Below are positions 20,327 to 28,714 of a DNA stretch of 64,000 bases, in pieces. The translations under genes and the position numbers were made by a program. Every line of letters begins with the position of its first letter. Within the stretch, counting starts at the first letter, position 1. The notes under the pieces are model-generated. The model saw only the letters and a program-made list of their open reading frames with translations, made no database searches and had not been told where the DNA came from. This DNA is from Bacteroidota bacterium (GTDB lineage: Bacteria; Bacteroidota; Bacteroidia; Bacteroidales; Paludibacteraceae), in assembly GCA_017860295.1 (NCBI GenBank), contig JAFNAS010000010.1, positions 4,151 to 68,150 of the forward strand, written 5' to 3'.

Positions 20327-21439
20327 TCATTCTGCTGATAAATTGTTTCTCATTGAACGATATAAATTAATATATTCTTTTACATTGCTTTCATGCGAAA
20401 ATTGTAAAGCGTATTGTTTCGCTTTTGCTGCCAATTCAGGGTGTTGTTGATAGTCATATATGGCGCGTGTCACAGTATCTTTGATATGCTCAGGTTCGAA
20501 GTTTTCAAAAAAATAGGCCATGTTACCCCCGATCTCTTTCAGACTTGTCATCTGTGAAGAACAAACTGGTTTGTTAAATTGCATAGCTTCAATGATAGGA
20601 AGACCAAACCCTTCAAACTTTGATGGAAATACAAACGCAGTACAATGCGCATACATCCATATGCGGTATTGATCTTCAATAATGTCGGTTAAAAAAACAT
20701 TCTCGATTTTTTCTTTAGTAATTCTATCTTGTAGCATATTTGCATAACTGCTATTAAGATTTCCGCTGATATATAAGTCATATTCGGGCATCAATTTCAT
20801 AGCATCTAACAATACATGAAAATTCTTTTTTGCTTTGACTTCTCCTATCGTAAATAGAAATGATTTATGCTTATGTTGTATAAAGTCGGGAGCTTCCATC
20901 TGCTTGTTTTCTAACTGTTCCACACCACAATAGATTACGGTGGGTTTTTTGTTTCCCTTGAGATGGTTTGAGATCTCTCCGGCTGAGAAATGCGATACCG
21001 TTGTAATAACATCTGCTCTGTCGACTTCTTTTTGTATTTTACTTAAATAGTGCAAGGCTTTAATTCTTTCTTTTTCATATAGAACATTCAAGTCGTGCAG
21101 GGTTAATATAACCTTTGCAGTAGGAGGTGGCGTATTTCTTGATAACTGGTAGGTAGAATGCCAAATATCAAATTTGGGTAACAAAAAGGGGAATCTTCTG
21201 TATGTTTTTCTGTAATTTAAGTAGGTGACATTATTGCCAAAATAACCGTTAAATTGTTTTGGTACATATAGCGTAAGTTTTAGATCGTCTGGAACTTGTA
21301 GTGATAAATGTTTTCCAAAGTTTAGGGCAAATTGGCCTAATCCACAGTTTGGGTGTCTTAGGGTAGTTAAATCAATTAAAATGGAGGTATTAGAATGTTT
21401 CTTTGTTTGTTTTTTTCTCTTGAGCAAGAATAAATTCAT
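20327..21439 (-). CDS. Glycosyltransferase family 4
   Basis: IGEVKAKKNF, FVFPSKFEGFGLPIIEAM, SLKEIGG. Confidence 0.92.
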   Translation of the reverse strand: MNLFLLKRKKQTKKHSNTSILIDLTTLRHPNCGLGQFALNFGKHLSLQVPDDLKLTLYVPKQFNGYFGNNVTYLNYRKTYRRFPFLLPKFDIWHSTYQLSRNTPPPTAKVILTLHDLNVLYEKERIKALHYLSKIQKEVDRADVITTVSHFSAGEISNHLKGNKKPTVIYCGVEQLENKQMEAPDFIQHKHKSFLFTIGEVKAKKNFHVLLDAMKLMPEYDLYISGNLNSSYANMLQDRITKEKIENVFLTDIIEDQYRIWMYAHCTAFVFPSKFEGFGLPIIEAMQFNKPVCSSQMTSLKEIGGNMAYFFENFEPEHIKDTVTRAIYDYQQHPELAAKAKQYALQFSHESNVKEYINLYRSMRNNLSAE

Positions 21440-21474
21440 AGCGTAAATAGTAAAAATATTTAATGTGTTGTTAG

Positions 21475-22590
21475 TTAAATTAAACCGGAATAAATAGCCA
21501 TCATTTGCTGAGCAACTTTCTCATCCGTAAATAGAAGAGAATGCGTTAACCCTTCTTTGATCATGCTATTGCGTAATGCTGTATCGTGTAATACGATGTT
21601 GATCTGTTCTGCAAGTTCATCTGCATTATTTGGATCAACATAAACGGTGGCTTTTCCTCCAGTTTCTTCAAAACAACTTCCTTTTGATGTGATTACAGGG
21701 GTTTCTGTGCATAAAGCCTCTAAAATAGGTAATCCGAAACCTTCAAAGATAGACGGATAAATCATGACAGATGCTGCACGGTAAAAGGCCGGTAAATCCT
21801 CATTCGGAACGTTGCTTAGTACAACTATTTTATTCTCAAGAGAATATTCTCTTGCTTTTTCTTTAATATTATCCAGATATTTTGTTGGACTCCCAATTAT
21901 GACTAAAGGGATATCCAAGTGTCCTTTGTGCAATGCTTCTAGGATAAGTAATTGATTTTTCCTTTCTTCAATAGCGCCAACTGTGAGCAGAAACTCGGAC
22001 GGAAGATGGTATTTGTTTCGTATCTCAGTAATTTTATCATTCGATATTGGTTGACGAAAAATATTGTCACATCCGTGATACACCACATCAACTTTCTGTT
22101 CGTCGACGCCGAAGAATTCAATGATGTCTTGTTTGGTTTGTTCGCTGATAGCAATGATCCGGTTTGCAACATTGCAACTATAACTGTTTTTTTTCTTAAA
22201 TATTGCCCTGTAAAAAGGATCATACATGTGTGGATAGCGAATAAAAATAGCATCATGTATGGTTACTACACTTTTTATGCCGGTTTTTGCAAAACCGAAG
22301 GGTAGTTCCTGATTCATTCCATCATAGACATCCGGTTTTAAATGTTTTAGGTCTTTTGTCATGCCGTAACTACGCCAGAAAGAGGGTATAGACTGATTGA
22401 TCCATCCTTCGGGGGTAATGGTCTTACAATTATCAGCTTCTGTGTGGTAGAGACCGTCAGACTTGGGAGTGAAAAGAAGATATTGGTTGTCTGGATAGTA
22501 GGTGCTCATTAAGCGAAATATGTAGCGGCTGTAGTTGCCTAACCCTCTGCTGTTGCAGAAGGCTCGTTTTGCATCAAATCCAATAATCAT
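21475..22590 (-). CDS. Glycosyltransferase family 4
   Basis: IGFDAKRAFCNSRGLGNYSR, VVTIHD, VGAIEERKNQ, YPSIFEGFGLPILEAL. Confidence 0.92.
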   Translation of the reverse strand: MIIGFDAKRAFCNSRGLGNYSRYIFRLMSTYYPDNQYLLFTPKSDGLYHTEADNCKTITPEGWINQSIPSFWRSYGMTKDLKHLKPDVYDGMNQELPFGFAKTGIKSVVTIHDAIFIRYPHMYDPFYRAIFKKKNSYSCNVANRIIAISEQTKQDIIEFFGVDEQKVDVVYHGCDNIFRQPISNDKITEIRNKYHLPSEFLLTVGAIEERKNQLLILEALHKGHLDIPLVIIGSPTKYLDNIKEKAREYSLENKIVVLSNVPNEDLPAFYRAASVMIYPSIFEGFGLPILEALCTETPVITSKGSCFEETGGKATVYVDPNNADELAEQINIVLHDTALRNSMIKEGLTHSLLFTDEKVAQQMMAIYSGLI

Positions 22591-24077
22591 TTCTGAAAAA
22601 GTTTATTTAAATGTAATATTTTATCTAAAGGAAGATCATGGCGTGTCATGTACCATATGTATATGCCAAGCAATACCGTACGAAAGATTAAATTTAGTAG
22701 CATGTGATGCCAGTTGATATACCAACCGAGAACAAAAAGTACGAGTGCCAGGGTTGTGTATTTGCCAATAATCTTTAATTGGTAGTTAATAGGGAAGTGT
22801 CTTTGTCCTATAATATAAGAAACAACCATTACGGCGAAGTAACAACCGAAAGCCGCCCAAGCTGAGCCCATATAGCTATATCGAGGCACCAGTACTATAT
22901 TGCCAATTACGATAATCATAGTTCCTATTAGAGAGAACCATGCTCCATATATGGTTTTGTCTGTTAATTTGTACCAGACAGAAAGATTGAAATAGATACC
23001 CTGGAAGATAAAAGAAACCAATACCAGGGGCACAACATTTAATCCAGACCAATAGGCTCGGCCGATGATAAATTTGAAAACATCGATGTAAAGAACCATT
23101 CCTAAAAAGATGAGCCACGAAAAGATGATGAAATATTTCATAGCATCCGAGTATGTCGTTAGGCTGTCTTTGTCTTTTTTTTGCGCAAAAACGAAAGGTT
23201 CATAGGCATACCGGAATGCTTGAGTAAACATGAGCATTACCAGCGCAATCTTTGAAGTTGCTCCGTAAATTCCCAGCTCGGAAGCTCCTTTGCTTCCGGG
23301 AAAGAGAAATGGAAATAATATTTTATCTAGTGTCTGGTTCATTATTCCAGCAATACCAAGTACAAGTAGTGGAAGAGAGTATCTCAAAATTTTACGTAGC
23401 AAAAAGGTGTTTAACTTGAATTTAACTGCGAAAATATAAGGAGTTAGAAATGCAGTCTGAATGGCAGTGGCTAAAATATTTGAAACGAATACATATCCTA
23501 CTCCATAGGTCGGATTGTAAAACCAAATGACTGTCTGTGGCGCAATTTTCATCAACCACGGACACACTATTAGGAAAAATAGATTGAACGTGATATTCAG
23601 GAAAACAAAGAGTAGCTTGTATGCGGCAAATTTGATAGGGCGTTTCAGATAACGCAAATATGCAAAGGGGATGGAAGCAAAAGCGTCCATAGCAACCGAT
23701 AATCCTAGCATCCATATATATTCCGGGTAATTAGCGTAATCGAGCCAGTGGCTGATCTGTGGTGCGAAAAGAACACACCATACAGCAAAAAGTAGAGACG
23801 TAATTCCTACAGTAATCATGGTGGTGCTGTATACCAAATCGGGATTGTGGTCTTCCTTGTTGGCAAAACGGAAAAAACCGGTTTCCATGCCATATGTCAA
23901 GATGACTAATAAAAGGGCGGTCCAAGAGTATAAATTGGTGACGATGCCATAATCGGCCGAACTGGCTAATACGTGAGTATAGAGTGGTACTAACAGCCAA
24001 TTCAGGAATTTACCCAAAATACTGCTAACGCCGTAAATGGCAGTATCTTTTGCCAGCGATTTTATTTCTTTTGCCAT
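22587..24077 (-). CDS. Polysaccharide biosynthesis / oligosaccharide flippase (Wzx/MOP family)
   Basis: KSLAKDTAIYGVSSILGKFLNWLLVPLYT, TYGMETGFFRF, about 12-14 hydrophobic segments. The ATG at 24077 is preferred over the track start at 24128. Confidence 0.85.
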   Translation of the reverse strand: MAKEIKSLAKDTAIYGVSSILGKFLNWLLVPLYTHVLASSADYGIVTNLYSWTALLLVILTYGMETGFFRFANKEDHNPDLVYSTTMITVGITSLLFAVWCVLFAPQISHWLDYANYPEYIWMLGLSVAMDAFASIPFAYLRYLKRPIKFAAYKLLFVFLNITFNLFFLIVCPWLMKIAPQTVIWFYNPTYGVGYVFVSNILATAIQTAFLTPYIFAVKFKLNTFLLRKILRYSLPLLVLGIAGIMNQTLDKILFPFLFPGSKGASELGIYGATSKIALVMLMFTQAFRYAYEPFVFAQKKDKDSLTTYSDAMKYFIIFSWLIFLGMVLYIDVFKFIIGRAYWSGLNVVPLVLVSFIFQGIYFNLSVWYKLTDKTIYGAWFSLIGTMIIVIGNIVLVPRYSYMGSAWAAFGCYFAVMVVSYIIGQRHFPINYQLKIIGKYTTLALVLFVLGWYINWHHMLLNLIFRTVLLGIYIWYMTRHDLPLDKILHLNKLFQK

Positions 24078-24146
24078 AAGAAGCCTCTCTAAATTCGTAC
24101 TTACAAAGTGCGTGTTGCAATGTAGCACTCTTTTTTTATTGTGTTT

Positions 24147-25169
24147 TTAAAATAGTTTTCCCTGTTCGTCGGGTTTGGTTCTTCCCAAGTGTTTATATGC
24201 TAATGGAGTTACTTCACGTCCACGGGGAGTTCGTTTCAAAAATCCTTCTTTGATGAGGAATGGTTCGTAAACTTCTTCCAGTGTGCCGGAATCTTCACCC
24301 AGAGCTGTGGCAATGGTTGATAAGCCGACCGGTCCTCCCTGAAATTTATCGATAAGGGTTGTCAGAATCTTATTGTCCACTTCATCCAATCCGTATTTGT
24401 CGATATTGAGTGCTTCGAGAGAAAAACAGGCAATGTTGTGATCGATGGTTCCGTTCCCTTTAACCTGCGCAAAATCGCGAACCCTTCGTAATAAAGCATT
24501 TGCAATTCGGGGAGTTCCGCGGCTTCGCGAAGCAATTTCCCCGGCAGCTTCATGCGTGCAAGGAATATTCAGAATTTTTGCCGACCGAAGAATAATAGAT
24601 CTTAAAATCGAGTCGTCGTAATATTCAAGGTGACAATTAATGCCGAAACGGGCGCGTAACGGACTGGTAAGCAGTCCGCTGCGTGTTGTTGCTCCGATAA
24701 GTGTGAACGGATTTAACGTCAGCTGGATAGAACGTGCACTGGGGCCTTTGTCTATCATAATGTCGATGCGAAAATCCTCCATGGCAGAATAAAGATATTC
24801 TTCCACGATGGGACTCAAACGGTGAATTTCGTCAATGAAAAGTACATCGTTTGGCTCGAGGGATGTCAATAATCCAGCCAAGTCGCCGGGTTTATCCAGC
24901 ACCGGTCCTGAAGTAATTTTAAATCCGACACCCAATTCATTGGCTATGATGTTGGAAAGTGTTGTTTTTCCCAATCCGGGAGGGCCGTGAAGCAGCACAT
25001 GATCGAGCGATTCGCCCCGCATGCGCGCAGCACTTACAAACACGGAAAGATTTTCGACGACCTTCGATTGTCCATTGAAATCCAGAAAGGAAAGGGGACG
25101 AAGAGCGTTTTCATATTCTTTGTCGGTATCTGTGCGGGGTTGTTGATCGCGAATGTCGAAAGATTCCAT
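24147..25169 (-). CDS. ruvB: Holliday junction branch-migration helicase
   Basis: LRP, Walker [46 protein letters not shown]. Confidence 0.98.
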   Translation of the reverse strand: MESFDIRDQQPRTDTDKEYENALRPLSFLDFNGQSKVVENLSVFVSAARMRGESLDHVLLHGPPGLGKTTLSNIIANELGVGFKITSGPVLDKPGDLAGLLTSLEPNDVLFIDEIHRLSPIVEEYLYSAMEDFRIDIMIDKGPSARSIQLTLNPFTLIGATTRSGLLTSPLRARFGINCHLEYYDDSILRSIILRSAKILNIPCTHEAAGEIASRSRGTPRIANALLRRVRDFAQVKGNGTIDHNIACFSLEALNIDKYGLDEVDNKILTTLIDKFQGGPVGLSTIATALGEDSGTLEEVYEPFLIKEGFLKRTPRGREVTPLAYKHLGRTKPDEQGKLF

Positions 25170-25194
25170 TGTTAAACTATCGGATAATGTGGTG

Positions 25195-25307
25195 CAAAGG
25201 TAGCGATTTGTCTTTAATGTGTCGCAATGTCGTGCTGTGATGTGCCTCCTTTTAAGGCACTAACGTAGAGAAAGTCGATGTAAAACGGGCAAAAAAATAT
25301 ATCTTTG
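25195..25307. promoter_or_regulatory. Divergent -7 elements for ruvB (minus, 25195-25202) and the aminotransferase (plus, 25300-25307)
   Basis: TACCTTTG on minus and TATCTTTG on plus, each just upstream of its gene. Confidence 0.6.
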
Positions 25308-25355
25308 CCAATCCAAAATATTCCAGATTATTCATTATCTAATACTGTTATTATA

Positions 25356-26543
25356 ATGTCTTGTTTTTCACAATCAGTCAGTGCTTTGCGTTCGTCGGCC
25401 ATTCGCGATTTGATGAGTTTGGCAACTCGCCCCGATATGATCTCTTTTGCTGGCGGAATGCCCGATAACGAACTTTTTCCAATTCGTGAAGTGCAGGAAA
25501 TTGTTGATGATTTGTCGGTGAAAGAACGACAGGTAGCCATGCAATATGCACCTACGACCGGCTATCCACCATTGCTTGATGCTTTGGGTGAATGGCTTCG
25601 AGAGAAGGGCTTCCCGATGGATAACAATAAGCTGATTATTACCACCGGATCGTTGCAGGCAATCAATATCTGGGCCAAAATGTTTATTGATCCGGGAGAT
25701 GTGGTGCTGACCGAAAATCCGGCTTTTATCGGAGCCTTGTCTGCATTTGGGTCATATATGCCCCGCATCCACGGGATTGAGATGGATGGAGAGGGTATCC
25801 TGATCGAACTGTTAAAAGAAGCGTTGAAACTCGATCCCAAATTTTTATATGTTACACCTACATTTCACAACCCGGCCGGTTTGACCTATAGTCCGGAACG
25901 ACGAAAAGAGTTGCTGGAAGTGATGAATGCGACTGAAATTCCTATTCTGGAAGATGATGCATACGGCGAATTGTGGTTTGACGAAGTCGAAAAACAGCAT
26001 ATTGTCCCTCTCAAAATTCAGTCGGAGAAAGAGCAACAGATCTGTTATACCGGCTCGTTCTCTAAAATATTCGGACCGGGAATGCGGCTTGGATGGATGT
26101 TGGTAGGCGAAGAGTTTTATCGCAAAGCCGAACTTTGCAAACAATGTGTCGATGCCTGTTCTCCCACTTTTACGCAAGTGCTGGCGCATCGTTTTCTTGC
26201 ATCGGGACAACTCGACAGTTACGTGGCGAGTGTGCGGGGTATTTATCATCAACGGTGCAACTATATGAAAGAGGCCATTAAATGCTATTTTCCTGCCGAG
26301 GCCTCTTTTGTGGAGCCCAAAGGAGGATTTTATATTTGGATTAAATTGCCCGACGGAGTTGACGAAATGGAGTTGCTCAAAAAAGTTATTGCCGAAGGAG
26401 CGGTTTTTGTGGTGGGATCCACATTCGATCCGCAAGGAGCTTCAAATGGATATATTCGTGTGTCTTATTGTAACACTGACGAAGTGAAAATCGAAAAAGG
26501 AATTAAGGTTATTGGTGACGTGTTGAAAAAAATGATGGTATAA
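25356..26543 (+). CDS. PLP-dependent aminotransferase class I (LysN/MocR-catalytic-domain-like, no HTH)
   Basis: SAIRDLM, ISFAGGMP, QYAPTTG, PTFHNPAG, EDDAY, PLP lysine in GSFSKIFGPGMRLGW. Confidence 0.9.
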   Translation: MSCFSQSVSALRSSAIRDLMSLATRPDMISFAGGMPDNELFPIREVQEIVDDLSVKERQVAMQYAPTTGYPPLLDALGEWLREKGFPMDNNKLIITTGSLQAINIWAKMFIDPGDVVLTENPAFIGALSAFGSYMPRIHGIEMDGEGILIELLKEALKLDPKFLYVTPTFHNPAGLTYSPERRKELLEVMNATEIPILEDDAYGELWFDEVEKQHIVPLKIQSEKEQQICYTGSFSKIFGPGMRLGWMLVGEEFYRKAELCKQCVDACSPTFTQVLAHRFLASGQLDSYVASVRGIYHQRCNYMKEAIKCYFPAEASFVEPKGGFYIWIKLPDGVDEMELLKKVIAEGAVFVVGSTFDPQGASNGYIRVSYCNTDEVKIEKGIKVIGDVLKKMMV

Positions 26544-26574
26544 TGTCAAGATTCAATGCGATCCTTTTGTGAAT

Positions 26575-26606
26575 TTTGATTGTTTAAGAAATAAATAGTA
26601 TCTTTG
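26575..26606 (+). promoter_or_regulatory. Full-consensus Bacteroidetes promoter with no downstream protein gene
   Basis: TTTG (26575-26578), 20-bp spacer, TATCTTTG (26599-26606). Confidence 0.8.
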
Positions 26607-26611
26607 CGCTG

Positions 26612-26797
26612 TTTTTGTTGTTGGAATGTTCGTGCAACTTCACAGCGAGAGCAATTTAAGCATGTAACCAAAGGCCTGTTTCAGTTATCGGAGTATGTCT
26701 TTTTGCTTAAATTCAAAGGGATAATAGTTTTACACGATATGCTACTGAGGTAGTGACCGGGAAACCCTTTTGAAGTCCTTTCAATTGGGTTTTTTTT
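26612..26797 (+). ncRNA. Candidate ~185-nt structured RNA, 6S-like (possible Bacteroidales-1-type RNA)
   Basis: Own promoter and terminator. Outer stem 26630-26639/26726-26737, central bubble of 13 and 12 nt, perfect 10-bp inner stem 26653-26662/26704-26713, further stem 26670-26675/26697-26702. Confidence 0.6.
26762..26797 (+). terminator. Intrinsic terminator closing the candidate ncRNA
   Basis: AAACCC-tt-TTGAA-gtcct-TTCAA-tt-GGGTTT followed by a T run. Confidence 0.8.
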
Positions 26798-26858
26798 ATT
26801 TCTGAAAACGAAGTAGTGTAAATGTATAATCGATTGTAATTCAACGAAAAAAAATAAT

Positions 26859-26866
26859 TATCTTTG
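26859..26866 (+). promoter_or_regulatory. -7 promoter element for rimP-nusA-infB
   Basis: TATCTTTG, 28 bp upstream of rimP. Confidence 0.65.
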
Positions 26867-26894
26867 CGGTTAATTTACCCGGTCAGATGATTTT

Positions 26895-27362
26895 ATGATA
26901 CAGAAAGAACTTATATACCAACTTATTGAAGAGTTTATTGCTGATACAGAGCATTTTATTGTCGATGTAAAAGTAAGTCCCGACAACGATATCGTTGTAG
27001 AACTCGATTCAGCAAAAGGCATTGACATTGAATATTGTGCAGAATTAAGCCGTTATATAGAATCAAAGTTTGACCGGGAAGTGGAAGACTATGAACTTGA
27101 AGTCGGTTCGGCAGGTTTGAGTTCTCCGTTCAAAGTGTTAAAACAGTATCAAAAAAATATTGGCAACGAAGTGGAAGTCCTTACCAAAGCAGGTCAAAAA
27201 ATCTGCGCTGTTTTGAAAGATGCGACCGAGGAAGCTTTTATGGTAACTGTCGCCAAACAGGTAAAACCGGAGGGAGCCAAGCGCAAAGTAACAGTAGAAG
27301 AAGACGTAGTGTTTCCGTATAACGAAGTAAAATACACAAAATATCTAATAAGATTCAAATAG
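26895..27362 (+). CDS. rimP: Ribosome maturation factor RimP
   Basis: CAELSRYIE, DYELEVGSAG, PFKVLKQYQKNIG; first gene before nusA-infB. Confidence 0.95.
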   Translation: MIQKELIYQLIEEFIADTEHFIVDVKVSPDNDIVVELDSAKGIDIEYCAELSRYIESKFDREVEDYELEVGSAGLSSPFKVLKQYQKNIGNEVEVLTKAGQKICAVLKDATEEAFMVTVAKQVKPEGAKRKVTVEEDVVFPYNEVKYTKYLIRFK

Positions 27363-27364
27363 CT

Positions 27365-28615
27365 ATGAGCAAAGTTGAACCTGTCAATCTTATTGACACC
27401 TTTTCCGAGTTTAAAGAGCTGAAGAACATTGATCGTCCTACGCTAATTAGTGTGCTCGAGGAGTCCTTCAGAGGCACTTTGGCCAAAATGTTCGGTTCGG
27501 ACGAAAATTTTGACGTCATTATTAACCCCGATAAGGGTGACTTCGAAATTTGGCACAACCGTGAGGTGGTTGCCGATGACGAGGTGGAAAATCCTGTCAG
27601 TCAGATTTCGTTGACTGATGCAAAGCAAATTGATACGGATTATGAAATAGGGGAAGAGGTGACCGATGCCGTTGATTTCCTCGGATTCGGTCGTCGGGCT
27701 ATTTTGACATTGCGTCAGACGCTGGCCTCCAAAATTTTAGAACTTCAGAAAGATTATCTCTATAACAAATATAAAGACCGGATCGGTCAGATTGTTATGG
27801 GAGAAGTATATCAGATGTGGAAAAAAGAAATTCTGCTTTTGGATGATGAAGGTAATGAATTGATTCTTCCGAAAACGGAACAAATTCCAGCTGACTTTTA
27901 CCGGAAAGGAGATACGGTGCGCATGGTGGTTGTGAAAGTAGACAACCGTAACGGTAATCCAAAAATCATAGTATCTCGTACTTCTCCATTATTCCTGCAG
28001 CGTTTGTTCGAACTGGAAGTGCCTGAAATTCATGATGGATTGATTACTATTAAGAAAATTGCTCGTATTCCGGGCGAAAGAGCGAAAGTTGCCGTGGAAA
28101 CTTACGATGAACGTGTCGATCCGGTAGGAGCTTGCGTTGGGGTCAAAGGCGCCCGTATTCATGGCATTGTGCGTGAGTTGCGCAACGAAAATATTGATGT
28201 TATCAATTATACGGCGAATGTCTCTTTGTTTATTGCAAGAGCATTGAGCCCAGCCAAGATATCTTCTCTCCGTTTGGATGAGGAAAATAAAAAGGCAGAC
28301 GTTTATCTGAAGCCCGAAGAAATTTCGATGGCCATAGGTAAAAGTGGCATGAATATTCGGTTGGCTTCAATGCTTACCGAATTTACCATTGACGTTTATC
28401 GTGATATTGACGGAGAAGAAGATGAAGATATTTATCTGGATGAATTCACTGATGAAATAGAACAATGGGTAATTGATGTGCTTAAATCCATCGGCTGCGA
28501 TACAGCCAAAAGCGTACTGGCAATTTCTCGCGAAGAGCTGATTCAACGTACTGACCTTGAAGATGAAACTATTGATGATGTATTGAACATTATCAAAGCA
28601 GAATTTGAAGAATAA
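27365..28615 (+). CDS. nusA: Transcription termination/antitermination factor NusA
   Basis: S1 and KH domains; RIPGERAKVAV, DPVGACVGVKGARI, AIGKSGMNIRLA. Confidence 0.97.
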   Translation: MSKVEPVNLIDTFSEFKELKNIDRPTLISVLEESFRGTLAKMFGSDENFDVIINPDKGDFEIWHNREVVADDEVENPVSQISLTDAKQIDTDYEIGEEVTDAVDFLGFGRRAILTLRQTLASKILELQKDYLYNKYKDRIGQIVMGEVYQMWKKEILLLDDEGNELILPKTEQIPADFYRKGDTVRMVVVKVDNRNGNPKIIVSRTSPLFLQRLFELEVPEIHDGLITIKKIARIPGERAKVAVETYDERVDPVGACVGVKGARIHGIVRELRNENIDVINYTANVSLFIARALSPAKISSLRLDEENKKADVYLKPEEISMAIGKSGMNIRLASMLTEFTIDVYRDIDGEEDEDIYLDEFTDEIEQWVIDVLKSIGCDTAKSVLAISREELIQRTDLEDETIDDVLNIIKAEFEE

Positions 28616-28714
28616 AACGAAAACTTCCCTGAAGCACGATCGGATGATCCGGCTTCATGTGCAAATTGTCGGTTGTCATTTTGCTTATCTTTTCAAACAC
28701 ACTAAATATAAACT

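Noticed and set aside
26626-26667. 13-aa ORF (MFVQLHSESNLSM) inside the candidate ncRNA
   Set aside because: Very short, starts inside the outer stem, and has no leader-peptide codon bias. The RNA structure explains the region better.
28630-28660. Small hairpin (tgaagc/gcttca) between nusA and infB as a riboswitch or leader
   Set aside because: Short, with no U tract and no recognisable conserved motif; insufficient support.
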